64,000 nt of DNA from a virus. The stretch is from positions 2,627 through 66,626 of the IMG/VR virus record IMGVR_UViG_3300037847_004938. One strand, written 5' to 3'. Shown one piece after another: positions 7,762 to 18,345 of this stretch (position 1 is the stretch's first letter; the number at the start of each line of letters is the position of its first letter). Below the pieces are notes generated by a model. The model was not told where the DNA came from and did no database searches. It saw only the letters and a list, made by a program, of their open reading frames with translations. The position numbers and the translations under genes are program-made.

Positions 7762-10700
7762 GGACTTTTCTTCTTTTTCTGTTTGCGTCTAAGTCTTCAA
7801 GATATCTCCATACTGTAGTTTTCATCATTGGATCTTGTTCAGATTGAGGTGTTCCTGAAGCAGCAGACCTAGTTGTGTTCACATATTTTTCTAAACCTCT
7901 CTCCATCCTATCTAAATATCTAGTTATTTCTGCAGCAGGCACTCCTGGTACTTGACCTGTTGCCAACAACATTCTAGTTACAACTAAAGTTGCTATAGTT
8001 TTATCTATCTTTTGGTTTATCAACTCATGTCCAGTTCCAACGTATTGAGTTTGTTGAATTCCTGGAGGCACAGTTTTTGTAATACTATTGTCCTCTAATA
8101 ATTGAAAAGCGCTTTCTACTTTAGATAACTGCTCACCTGCAATTCCATACAGACCCATATGCTCAGAGAAAAATTCAAACATTTTTTGTGGTGTTGTTAG
8201 TTCATCAGAAAACAAATCTTCAGAAGCATATTCTAAAAATATATTTTCATCTACTAAATTATATGTTTTAGCTACGTGGTTTATAGTCGCAAACATAGCT
8301 GTATTAGCAAACTCTGGTAACACTACAGGGTTTAATGTTCTAATAACATCTTGAACAATTCCCTGCATAATATTATTATTTTTTGGAGTTAGATTTGTTT
8401 TATTGGTAAAAGTGTTACCAAACTTTTGTAAGTCTTGTAATGCATCGTGTACTCCAGGTGCTCTATAATCTAAATATGCTTTGTAATATGCGTTGACAGC
8501 TTCCATAGAACTTAAGTCTTTTAAAGGATCAAGTTGGCTAAACTCTTTGTCTAAGTACTTCATAAATTCAGGGTCATCTATCGGCATTCCACCAAAGATT
8601 CCATCCTGTGTAAGCATTTCATTTATAGGGCCTCCATATCTTTCAATTTCGTCTTCATCAAATCCTAATAAAACACTTGCTAAAGTTCCGTACATTGCAG
8701 ATTGTAATGTAACTTTTAATCCTTGGAATGTGGTGATTTCAGTCATAATACCTGACATAGCTGCTCTTGCTTCTCTTTGTTGATCAGCAGGAACATTCGG
8801 ATCGTTAGCTATAGCATATTGTACCCAATAGTTTGTTTTTGCATTCAAACCAAATTTTGCAAAGGGCATAAAAGTTCTCAATGCATTTTTCATTACTGAG
8901 TTTTGATCGCTTCTATAAATTCCAGCTTCTGACAAATCACCAGACGGTCTCATCAATTCTTTAACCAAGGCATCGGCGTAATTAATAGCTTCCTTGTCGG
9001 GATTTTCGTTTTCTTTAGCCCACCAAGCTTGTCTTTCTTTTGATCCCTCTGGATACTTAGCGCCATTTTTAATTTTATAATCTAAATAATGTGCTTCAAA
9101 CGAAGCGTTTGCTGCCGCTTTATCTGCTTTTGCTAAAAATAATTCTAAAGAAAGCTCTGTGTTTCCTTGTATTTTTTTCATCAACTGGTCAAACGTATAA
9201 GACCCCCCGATTCCATACTTTCCAAAAACACCTGCATCTATATTAAGAGCTGTAGCGTAATAACTTATGTCTCTTGAAGTATCCTGTTCTAAAGGTAACT
9301 CTGCTTTTATAGAGTTTCTTAAAGCGGTTTGAGACAAAGCATAAATGTTTGACTTGTCTCCTTGCCCAAATAAATCCTGTATTAATCTTCCTGCTATTGT
9401 TTTAGCTTTTGTTCCATTTGATGCTTCTGCTAAGTAAGCTGGGAATAAAAACATTTTTTGTGATAACAATCTTTTTGCTTCAGGTGAACTTACTCTAATC
9501 ATATTGTTACCTACCGCACTATAAAACTGTTGTGTTGGTTGTGGTAAGCTCGCTAAAGATACAGCAGAAGCTATTGATAAACCTGTGCTCACAACTTGAT
9601 TTACTTTTTCATTTAATGTTCTTTCTACATCTAAACCAAATATATTAGCATCACCATAATCTGTATATGGGTTTCTACCTTTGTTAACTTCATAGTTGAA
9701 AGCTTTTAAAAACTGTTCACCATATAACGCTTTAAAGGTTGCGAAATCTTTTTTACTAGAAAATTGTTTTGCAAACAAAGGATTGTTAAATAAACTATAC
9801 ATTGTCATGACATCCTGCCTAACACTAGCGTCCATGTCGCTACCTTTTAAAGCATGAAATGCATTCTTAAAATAGTCACCAAAGTTTAATCTATATCCTG
9901 CATCTATATAACTATCTGGAACGGTAGCGTATTGTAGGGATCCAGCTGTGTTTATTTTACCTCCTGTTAAGTCTGCAGTAGGATCTTCATACTGCATTTG
10001 ATCGAGTGCGTCTTTATCTAATTTTATTGGCTTTACAAATAAAGGCATATAATTCTCAAAGTTTGTCCACTTTTGTCCAAAGCCATCTACTCTTGATTTT
10101 GCATCACCTTGTCTTTCTTTAAACAATTCTCTTATTTTATTAACCACATCAACATTATAACTGCTTGCTAAACCAACCACATCGTCATAAGAAGTTGCAG
10201 TTTCTATTTTTAGCTTGTCCATAACTGTTTTTAGTTGCTCATATCTACTTTGATAAATTTCTTTGTTTTTAGTTGCTCCATCTGCCTCATCTTTTCTTCT
10301 TTGCAACTCTAATAGTAAGTTCTTTTTATACCTTTCAAACTCCGTTATACCATCTGTTTTATCTAAATTAACTCTTCCTAGTCCTGAAAGTATAGACATT
10401 TCAATATCATCATATATATCTACTTTTCTTTTAACATTTTCTTTAAAGCCTAGTTTAGATAAACTTCTTCTAATACTTGGACCTCCTTTGCCTTTAAAAT
10501 ATAAATCAACTAATTCATTATACAAGCCAGAGTTTCTCTGTGTAACTGCAGCGCTCTTACCCATTATTCTTTCATAAAGATTTAAAAAAGGAGCTGCTAT
10601 GTTTTTATCTCTAATTAATAAGTTCTTTAGAACATCAAGTGTAGCAATGTTTCTACTTGCAGGGTCGTTACCAGGAAATAAAAATGGTACACTATATTGA

Positions 10701-13700
10701 CCTGCATAGTTTTGTAAAAGCCATGCTAAATTTTTATTGCCAGTAAATATGTCAATAGGAGCGTCAAGTTGTGTTGCTATTTCTGTTGCTATACCATAAG
10801 CATCTACAATAGAATTCATTCTTTGGAATTGAAAAGCTCTATCATCTTTATCTAATGTTTGACCTTCAATTGGTCTTGTTGCAGAACCGTTTATTTCTTG
10901 GAAAAATTTTATGACAAATTTCCTGTCTTGATTACTAAGGTTTTGCATAAACTCATTGTTTCCAAACTTGTTATACTTAGATATCTTGTCTACAATTTCT
11001 TGAATCTTATTTCTTTTATTTACTTTAGCTTCTAGCTCTTTTGTTGTGTCTATATTTTCTTCTCCATCTTGTTTTTCTAAACCTTTAGTTGATTCCAATA
11101 TACTTATCTCACTAATCAATCTATCTAGACTTAAATCTATCTGGTCTGAAAGATTAAATGTTTTAGAAAACTCAGGATCTAAATCTGCTGTAAATAAACT
11201 TGCAGGGTCAATATTACCATATGAAGGTGCTATTAAAGGCTCTATCTTAGGTAGCTCTTCGTTTTTGTCTTTCTTATTTTTAACATCTCTTAAATAATAG
11301 TCTGCTGCTTTATCTTTAATTATTCTGGCTAATTCCTTTTCGCTTAAGTTCTGACCCCTTATTTTTTCGTCATTATAAACTTCCATATAGGCATCATTAT
11401 AGTATTTAGCTTTCATGTCTGGTGATAAAAACTCGTAAGCACCTTTGGTTTCAAGTCCTGAAACTATTTCATATAAAGAATTTCTAACTAAATTTAAACT
11501 TTCTAAAGCCTCTGCTCTTACAACAGAAGTTTGTGTAGTGTTTGCTATTGTACGTTCATATCCTGCCATGCTAGCTAACCCATCTAAAAATCTTATCTTA
11601 TCTTCTCTAGACATTTTTTTAATAAGGTCAGCTCTATTTTTTTCTATTCCTTGTAGGTCTATTTTAGTATCTTTCAAGTAGGTATCAGCCCATTTATAAA
11701 ATTGACTTTTCTGTATTTGTTTATCTGTTTTGCCTTGAGCTTTTTGGTCTTGTATATAAGTGTTTAAAGATTGTTTTACATTTAAAAAAGTATCTGCAAG
11801 CTTATAATACTCACCAGTACCTATATTGTTTGATATGACATTGTCGGCTGCATTACTTAAGTTTATGTTTGAGGATATTCTTAATCCACCTGCCATACCC
11901 ATTGAACTAAATGCTGTAACAGCTGATGTTTCTTTTACGATTTCTGCAAATTCATCATAACTAAATTCTCTCAATCCAAAGCCAGATTCAAACATGTATT
12001 GAAAAGTGGCAATTAAATTTTCTTCTGCAAGCTCATAACCTACCGCTTTTAATTCATATTGATAAAGCCTGTTTAAACTTGCGCTATATCCTTTGTCAAA
12101 TCTAACGGCATATTGTTCAGCTAATTTTCTAGCATTTTCTGCGGTCTGTAAATCTTTAGGAATTTTAGATCTTTTCATCCACTCGAACTGTCTAAAATAC
12201 CTCATTGTAAATGCAGCAGTTAGAGCTGTTTCTATACTTGCGTTACCTAAAGAGTATGCTCGTATAGCCCAGTCTGTTGTGTCCATCATGTTTAATTCTG
12301 TTTCTGTCAATGCAAATCCAGAATCTTCCATTCTTTCCATATTCTCTCGTCTTTGATTGAACCCATATAAGTTTTCACCATATGAATTTACCCCTACAAG
12401 AGCAACACCTAGTTTTGGATTAACCATAAAAGCTGCTATGTAAGGTAAAGACTCTGAAAAAGGTTGGTTTGCTAGAGTCATAAACTCTAATAAATCAGAT
12501 GCATCAGTAACTTTCGTAGACCACTCAGGCAAATACTCTTCCCTTAAATCCTCTGCATTTTGTTTTGTGAAAGGATTAGTTACTAAACTTAAACCAGGGC
12601 CTCCAGGCAAAGCAGGACCTCCTAACACCAAAGGTTTATTAACTATAAAGTTAGCTAAATTTCTATCCATACCTGTAGCAATCAAAGCATCTTTCATAAT
12701 TTCATTCATACTACCACCTATATCTACCATTTCGATACCTGCTCCTTGTATTAAGTTTTCAAACCACTCATATGTTCTATCTAGACTATTGGTAAACCAA
12801 TTTTTATGACCCATTATTCCATCAAATCCTGTTTCGTTTCTGTCATATAAAGCTTGTGCACGCTCAATAATTGGCGCTAAAATCCCATAATCATTTGGGT
12901 TCCCTATCTTGACATCTATCCTATCCATTCGGACATCGTTGTTTAATGATGGGTCAGTAATAATGTTATATAATTCTTCATATGTTGATGGTCTTCCATC
13001 TATAGTAATTCCATCTGTAGGAAAGTGATCATTTACATTGACACCTAAAGAACCCATATCTTCAAAAGCTACTCTAGCAAAAGGCCCGTGTAAAGGGAAC
13101 TTTTTATAGTTGTCATTTATTCTCATAGCAAAACCTACATTTCTTGATGCTAAGTCAACTCTATCTCTTAACTTCAAAGCATAATGATCCAAAGCTTTGT
13201 TTAATAAATCTCTTTTTGTATGTCTATTTCCAGAATGATCTAAAATAATATCATCTAAATTATCTGATAAGCCTAAAATTCTATGAAAACCATCAAACCC
13301 TGTGTTAATACCAAAATCATATTGATATTGTAATGTATCAAATAAACCACCCTCTTTGTCTAGTTGCATGTTTTTTGGCAACACTATCTCGACACCTTCT
13401 CCTTTTTTTGTTGATTTTATTTCATCTCTCATAGCATTGAGAAACTTCATAATTTTCATTGGGTCATATAAACGCTCATCGTTTAGAGATCTTTCTGCGC
13501 TATATAAATCTTCAACTTCAAAATCAAAACCAGGCAACTCAGCAGCAATGTCCACAATCATTCTGTTCTCTACTGGAGACAACTCTGTCATATTATAAAA
13601 ATGATCTCTCAATACATATATAGGAGCTTCAGCGTTAAGAAAATTCTCTGCTAAATTTACTATAGGTGTGTCGTTTAATGTAGCTGCACTAAACTTTACC

Positions 13701-14773
13701 TTAAACTCTTGAAATTGTTGTGTGTAAACCTCTGGTCTTATGTAGTTGCCTAAAGTTGGTGAAAATCCTAATATTTTTGTTGGGTCTTCACCTATCTGTT
13801 TTCCTACTAACTCAACAAGCTTTTCTTTGCTTATACCCGCTACTGATTGATGAAATAAAGGTTGAGTAAACATTTCTTCTCCCATAGAGTTAAAAAGAAC
13901 AATCGAATGTCTTTCTGGAGCAAATGGTGAAGCTTTTTCTATTTTTGGTTCTGCTCTGTATCCAAACTGCCCAAACTTTTTATTAAATATTTCTACTGCG
14001 TTAACAGCGTCATTGAATATAAACTCAACACCCAACCCATCAATCATTCTGCCAAAACTTCCGTCTTTTCTAGAACTAAAATTATAAGTAGGGTTGTCTT
14101 TGTTTTTTACGTAATCTTCATATTTAAAAACATGTTGATATAAATCATTGTCATTAAATATTTTTAAGTTTTCTTCTCCTACCTGAGCTTCTTTATATTT
14201 TTCTGGGTTTAGGTTTTTTTGTTTATTTATATACTCATTAGTCCTTTCAAATATTATTCTATCAAATTTAGAGTCTACTCCTCCACTTATACCTCTATAA
14301 TCTTCTGGCTTAAATGTTTTTTCTGGAGCTTCTACTTTTTCTACAACCTCAACACCTTCAGTCCCAACAGCTTCATCTGGTAAATCTACATTTGTAAGTG
14401 CTTCAAACTCTTTTTTCTTAGCCTCATCTAATATGTAATTTGTTTTAAGTTTTAATCTTTTCTTTTCTTCAGCATCTAAATCTCGAAAAGAATTAAATAC
14501 ACTATCTAGTTCTTCGTCTGAAGGTATATCAATACCAGCATACAAAGATTCATTTTGTATTCTTTTTTTAAAATAATTAAAATTACCCTTACCCTCTGCA
14601 AAAGCTGTTTCAATAACAGGAGCAACATTCATTTTGATATTATTAGTCTTGTAAAAATTATTTAAATAATTAGATATTTTTACTTTACTAATTATAGGGT
14701 CTACCAATATAGGGTCTTGTGGGTCTATACTATTGTTTTGTGTAGTATTTTTGATTGTTGGGTCTCCATTCAT
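7751..14773 (-). CDS. Very large internal virion / DNA-ejection protein (2340 aa)
   Basis: Last gene of the structural operon. Helical, with no Cys seen, as is typical of ejected podovirus proteins. No catalytic motif recognised. Confidence 0.6.
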   Translation of the reverse strand: MNGDPTIKNTTQNNSIDPQDPILVDPIISKVKISNYLNNFYKTNNIKMNVAPVIETAFAEGKGNFNYFKKRIQNESLYAGIDIPSDEELDSVFNSFRDLDAEEKKRLKLKTNYILDEAKKKEFEALTNVDLPDEAVGTEGVEVVEKVEAPEKTFKPEDYRGISGGVDSKFDRIIFERTNEYINKQKNLNPEKYKEAQVGEENLKIFNDNDLYQHVFKYEDYVKNKDNPTYNFSSRKDGSFGRMIDGLGVEFIFNDAVNAVEIFNKKFGQFGYRAEPKIEKASPFAPERHSIVLFNSMGEEMFTQPLFHQSVAGISKEKLVELVGKQIGEDPTKILGFSPTLGNYIRPEVYTQQFQEFKVKFSAATLNDTPIVNLAENFLNAEAPIYVLRDHFYNMTELSPVENRMIVDIAAELPGFDFEVEDLYSAERSLNDERLYDPMKIMKFLNAMRDEIKSTKKGEGVEIVLPKNMQLDKEGGLFDTLQYQYDFGINTGFDGFHRILGLSDNLDDIILDHSGNRHTKRDLLNKALDHYALKLRDRVDLASRNVGFAMRINDNYKKFPLHGPFARVAFEDMGSLGVNVNDHFPTDGITIDGRPSTYEELYNIITDPSLNNDVRMDRIDVKIGNPNDYGILAPIIERAQALYDRNETGFDGIMGHKNWFTNSLDRTYEWFENLIQGAGIEMVDIGGSMNEIMKDALIATGMDRNLANFIVNKPLVLGGPALPGGPGLSLVTNPFTKQNAEDLREEYLPEWSTKVTDASDLLEFMTLANQPFSESLPYIAAFMVNPKLGVALVGVNSYGENLYGFNQRRENMERMEDSGFALTETELNMMDTTDWAIRAYSLGNASIETALTAAFTMRYFRQFEWMKRSKIPKDLQTAENARKLAEQYAVRFDKGYSASLNRLYQYELKAVGYELAEENLIATFQYMFESGFGLREFSYDEFAEIVKETSAVTAFSSMGMAGGLRISSNINLSNAADNVISNNIGTGEYYKLADTFLNVKQSLNTYIQDQKAQGKTDKQIQKSQFYKWADTYLKDTKIDLQGIEKNRADLIKKMSREDKIRFLDGLASMAGYERTIANTTQTSVVRAEALESLNLVRNSLYEIVSGLETKGAYEFLSPDMKAKYYNDAYMEVYNDEKIRGQNLSEKELARIIKDKAADYYLRDVKNKKDKNEELPKIEPLIAPSYGNIDPASLFTADLDPEFSKTFNLSDQIDLSLDRLISEISILESTKGLEKQDGEENIDTTKELEAKVNKRNKIQEIVDKISKYNKFGNNEFMQNLSNQDRKFVIKFFQEINGSATRPIEGQTLDKDDRAFQFQRMNSIVDAYGIATEIATQLDAPIDIFTGNKNLAWLLQNYAGQYSVPFLFPGNDPASRNIATLDVLKNLLIRDKNIAAPFLNLYERIMGKSAAVTQRNSGLYNELVDLYFKGKGGPSIRRSLSKLGFKENVKRKVDIYDDIEMSILSGLGRVNLDKTDGITEFERYKKNLLLELQRRKDEADGATKNKEIYQSRYEQLKTVMDKLKIETATSYDDVVGLASSYNVDVVNKIRELFKERQGDAKSRVDGFGQKWTNFENYMPLFVKPIKLDKDALDQMQYEDPTADLTGGKINTAGSLQYATVPDSYIDAGYRLNFGDYFKNAFHALKGSDMDASVRQDVMTMYSLFNNPLFAKQFSSKKDFATFKALYGEQFLKAFNYEVNKGRNPYTDYGDANIFGLDVERTLNEKVNQVVSTGLSIASAVSLASLPQPTQQFYSAVGNNMIRVSSPEAKRLLSQKMFLFPAYLAEASNGTKAKTIAGRLIQDLFGQGDKSNIYALSQTALRNSIKAELPLEQDTSRDISYYATALNIDAGVFGKYGIGGSYTFDQLMKKIQGNTELSLELFLAKADKAAANASFEAHYLDYKIKNGAKYPEGSKERQAWWAKENENPDKEAINYADALVKELMRPSGDLSEAGIYRSDQNSVMKNALRTFMPFAKFGLNAKTNYWVQYAIANDPNVPADQQREARAAMSGIMTEITTFQGLKVTLQSAMYGTLASVLLGFDEDEIERYGGPINEMLTQDGIFGGMPIDDPEFMKYLDKEFSQLDPLKDLSSMEAVNAYYKAYLDYRAPGVHDALQDLQKFGNTFTNKTNLTPKNNNIMQGIVQDVIRTLNPVVLPEFANTAMFATINHVAKTYNLVDENIFLEYASEDLFSDELTTPQKMFEFFSEHMGLYGIAGEQLSKVESAFQLLEDNSITKTVPPGIQQTQYVGTGHELINQKIDKTIATLVVTRMLLATGQVPGVPAAEITRYLDRMERGLEKYVNTTRSAASGTPQSEQDPMMKTTVWRYLEDLDANRKRRKVPKK

Positions 14774-14774
14774 C

Positions 14775-16613
14775 TTATTGTAATTCTTTTAAAACCCTCA
14801 TCAAAGCATAGGCATATTTGTCGTTTGTATCTTCGTTGATAGATCCAGGTCCTTTTTTAAACTGAGAGTCTGCTTCTTCTTTAAATCCTGGATAACTTTT
14901 ATATAACTCATCATAAATCTTTTGCGCTTGTCCTGATTTAGCAAAACCGTATGTCTGTACTATGTTTGTTCTTTTCATAGAAACATCCATAGAATCATCC
15001 ACGTCTTGTTCTCCAGCTTGTTTTCTATATTCACTAGTTTCTGTTGAACCTCCAATTAAAATAACAACTCTGGACTCTCCGTCTACCTCTTTCATCATGT
15101 AACCAATTCTGTCTATAGTTTCGAATTGTCCACCGTTCATTGTTTCAAGGTTAAATTCTGTTTTATCTGTACCTGTTCCACCAAGGAATACTTTTGAAAA
15201 GTTATTTGATTGATTCTTATACAAATTAGACTCTATATCATCCGAATTATACCAATCTACATTAGGCTGTCCACCTTCTAAAATTTCACCTACATCATTC
15301 CATGTGTTAAGAGTATTTGTGTAACTCATATCTTGATTACCTAAATTTATTACATTTTGATATTTAGATCTTGTTACTTCATCAATACCTTTTTGACCTA
15401 TTGTGTCAGACATAAGTTTTTCTAAATTCACACTAGCCATAACATTAGCAGTTACGTTTTTGCTTTCTCCTTTACCTATTACAATATTATTAAATGGTTG
15501 TAAGAATTCGTTGTCTACATCTCCACCACCAGCTCTATCTTTATTCATTACATTTCTGTAATCAATATCTAATGCTGTGTATGCAGTTTGTCTTAAATAA
15601 GCACGAGCTAATTCTCTTTGGTCATCTGATATTAAGTAATTACCTTTTTCATCTGTGTCAAGTGTAAATAAATCACCTTTTCCAAATTTTATGTAATCTC
15701 CATTTTTATCAAAATACTGATCTATAACAAGAGCATCTACTTCTGATTGGCCTTTTTCACCTGTATAGCTTTTACTCCAACGAGCTCTTGCTCCTCTCGC
15801 GTCATACAAGACACCAATAAGGTCTGCGTCGGTATATCCTTCTATTAATTTTTCTATTGTATTTCTAACTTGAGGATCTGCAGCATGGTCTCTAGCGTAT
15901 TGTAATATTTGACCATTAGTTACATTTACTTGATTTGTGTCTTGCTTTGCCCTGTCTCCAATAACATTTTGTATTGTGTCTGCCCAATCATCATTATTAA
16001 ATCCAACAATGCTTTCACTGTGTGGATTTACAGAATCATGTAAAGACCTTTCAAGTTTTCCTAATCTTAAAATTCCATCTTTATCGTAGTATTGATAATG
16101 ATGTGTAAAGCTAAGTCCATTACCGCCATCAGTCAGATGTGTCCATCTTTTAACATTAGAATTCATGTTTCTAGCCATACCAAAATAACCTGACTCAAAC
16201 TGGTCAAGCTCAGCTCCACTTATTTCACCGTCTTCAAATCTTTTCTTTTTATCCTCATAATTTTTTCCTATGATTTCTGTGCTGTTCACAATCATATTGG
16301 CCTCAGAAATAGCAGCATTTGTAATTCTTGTTGCTTCTGACCTAGATATTTCACCTCTTGCATTTGCTTGATGTGCAGCAGATATTCTTTGTCTTAATAA
16401 AACTCCTGATTCATTAAACATTTTATCTGCATCATTCAGCCCAGTTAGACTAATTTTATCTAGCTCTGCTCCTAAATTTGCAAGCTCTTCCGCCCTTGCA
16501 GCTCTAACTTGACCTTTAATCTGATTGACTTGAGCCATGCCTTGTGTGTATTGCACAGCTAAATTTTGCAAATTACTTTGTGGTGCTTGATATAATGTTT
16601 GTCCGTTTGCCAT
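14775..16613 (-). CDS. Putative internal virion / ejection protein
   Basis: Lies between the small and giant ejection-type genes; no Cys seen; Gln/Ala-rich N-terminus. Confidence 0.55.
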   Translation of the reverse strand: MANGQTLYQAPQSNLQNLAVQYTQGMAQVNQIKGQVRAARAEELANLGAELDKISLTGLNDADKMFNESGVLLRQRISAAHQANARGEISRSEATRITNAAISEANMIVNSTEIIGKNYEDKKKRFEDGEISGAELDQFESGYFGMARNMNSNVKRWTHLTDGGNGLSFTHHYQYYDKDGILRLGKLERSLHDSVNPHSESIVGFNNDDWADTIQNVIGDRAKQDTNQVNVTNGQILQYARDHAADPQVRNTIEKLIEGYTDADLIGVLYDARGARARWSKSYTGEKGQSEVDALVIDQYFDKNGDYIKFGKGDLFTLDTDEKGNYLISDDQRELARAYLRQTAYTALDIDYRNVMNKDRAGGGDVDNEFLQPFNNIVIGKGESKNVTANVMASVNLEKLMSDTIGQKGIDEVTRSKYQNVINLGNQDMSYTNTLNTWNDVGEILEGGQPNVDWYNSDDIESNLYKNQSNNFSKVFLGGTGTDKTEFNLETMNGGQFETIDRIGYMMKEVDGESRVVILIGGSTETSEYRKQAGEQDVDDSMDVSMKRTNIVQTYGFAKSGQAQKIYDELYKSYPGFKEEADSQFKKGPGSINEDTNDKYAYALMRVLKELQ

Positions 16614-16615
16614 TT

Positions 16616-17527
16616 TTAAAATATTGATTTATCACCAAAGTTTTTACCAAGTGGGTTTATAAACCTAAATACATTACCTCCAACAGTTCCTCCAGGAACT
16701 ACATTTCTTCTTGGAAATAAAGAGTTAGGCCCTCCTGTTATGTTTAAATTATAATTTAGACCTCTAAATACATTGCCTGCAGATGTACCTCCAGGTACAA
16801 CTCCCCTATTTGGGAATAAAGAACCTGGATTGTCAAAATCAAAGAGTGTTTTAAAAGGACTGTTTTTTGATAACTGTGTTGGTGCATTAGTTACTACCTT
16901 GGATGGAGGTGTTGGTGGGGGTGTAGTAGGAGGTATAGTTACTGAATTACCACCAGCATTTCTTTGTGATTTATTATAAGCTCTCATAGATTTTACATCA
17001 TCAAAACCTCCTTGAGCAGCAGCCATTTCCTGTGCATTACCTGCAGCTATAGCCATTGATGCGGCTCCCTCTAAAGCAGATTGTTGCATTTGCTCTCCTG
17101 CGTTTATTTGTGAAATAGCCTCATTCCTTCTAGCTTGGTTTCTTTCAAGCAATTGTCCTTGTATTCTTACCTCATCTCCTGCTCTAAGAGTGTCAGCTTG
17201 AAAATCTTTATCTAATATACTATTAATACCTTGTAATTCAACTTCGTTTATGTTACCCTGAGAAGCGTTTATAAGACCCATAGCAGAAGCCGCATCCATT
17301 CCTGAAGCTACGTCCGCAATTTGTCCCATCCTTCTGTTTGTTTGAGCAAACATAAGTTCTTCTCCTCTTATACTAGGGTTAAGATTAGCATAAGCGTTTT
17401 TTAATTCAACATCTCTTAATTGATTTAATTGTCGTCTTCCTGCGCTTGCCATCTTTCCACCACCCATAAAACCCTTTATAGCTGATGCTCCGCCTAGAAT
17501 CATTCCAACTGTAGTTAATAAAGGCAT
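16616..17527 (-). CDS. Putative ejection (pilot) protein
   Basis: Gly/Ala hydrophobic N-terminus, Gln-rich coiled coil, Pro-rich linker. Confidence 0.55.
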   Translation of the reverse strand: MPLLTTVGMILGGASAIKGFMGGGKMASAGRRQLNQLRDVELKNAYANLNPSIRGEELMFAQTNRRMGQIADVASGMDAASAMGLINASQGNINEVELQGINSILDKDFQADTLRAGDEVRIQGQLLERNQARRNEAISQINAGEQMQQSALEGAASMAIAAGNAQEMAAAQGGFDDVKSMRAYNKSQRNAGGNSVTIPPTTPPPTPPSKVVTNAPTQLSKNSPFKTLFDFDNPGSLFPNRGVVPGGTSAGNVFRGLNYNLNITGGPNSLFPRRNVVPGGTVGGNVFRFINPLGKNFGDKSIF

Positions 17528-17548
17528 AATATCAATTTTTTAATTACA

Positions 17549-17556
17549 CAAATATA
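17549..17556 (-). promoter_or_regulatory. Bacteroidota -7 promoter element (TATATTTG)
   Basis: Intergenic, upstream of the ejection-protein genes. Confidence 0.55.
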
Positions 17557-17562
17557 CAAAAT

Positions 17563-18342
17563 TTACAAGTAGCTCTTAACAGCTTCACTACCTACTGAGA
17601 ATAACTCTGCATTACCAGTAGATCCATTACTCAATGTCACACTGCAATAGTATCCTCTAATACCTCTAGATTCTGGCGATGGATCCTTTGCAACAAACAT
17701 AAAATTACCGACAGACGGGCTAAAGGTACTTGAGTTGTCGGGTGCACTAGTAATTTGCACGACATCACGTGTAAGAGTATCTGTAGCGTCATTGTCTAAT
17801 ATATCGTTAATAGTTCCAACTAATCTAGTCTGTCCAGAATTAAAATACAAATTATCTACACCGCTCGTTAATATTTGGTTCGATACGTCTAAATTAAATC
17901 TGTATCTTGTGCTGCTTACAATCTCTACTAATTGACCAATACCCACAATAGTAAGCTCATTAAAATTAAGTCTACTACCTGATTGTCTTATATAACCTGA
18001 TCTATAACTTTCATAAGCTTCAAATTGTGTCTCACTTATAGAACCACTTTCCATATCTGTAGATAAAACAGCACTCCAGTTTTGTTGTGATGTTTCTAAT
18101 ATTAAGTTTTTAAATAATTTAACATCTGAAGGAGATTTGTTTACTGATAAAGTAATTTCACAACCATCTGTTTGATTATAAAATCTTGTTCTTTGAGAGT
18201 TTGAATCATGCTCATACAAATTTCCACTATCAAAAGTATAAAACTTTGTACCTACACGTGTCATCCATTCAGGTGTGTATGAGTGAAACGAAGTCCATCC
18301 GCTCACTCCCTCATCATATGTTATTGTTTTTTTATCTGGCAT
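17563..18342 (-). CDS. C-terminal part of a crAss-like muzzle / tail stabilisation protein
   Basis: GWTSFHSYTPEWM...FYTF..GNLYEH...K.FKNL.LE...RGYY...ELFSV resembles, from recall, the C-terminus of this family. Confidence 0.6.
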   Translation of the reverse strand: MPDKKTITYDEGVSGWTSFHSYTPEWMTRVGTKFYTFDSGNLYEHDSNSQRTRFYNQTDGCEITLSVNKSPSDVKLFKNLILETSQQNWSAVLSTDMESGSISETQFEAYESYRSGYIRQSGSRLNFNELTIVGIGQLVEIVSSTRYRFNLDVSNQILTSGVDNLYFNSGQTRLVGTINDILDNDATDTLTRDVVQITSAPDNSSTFSPSVGNFMFVAKDPSPESRGIRGYYCSVTLSNGSTGNAELFSVGSEAVKSYL

Positions 18343-18345
18343 AAT

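Noticed and set aside
7751-14773. Virion RNA polymerase
   Set aside because: No DxDxD or T7-type A/B/C motifs recognised; left as an ejection protein pending a structure search.
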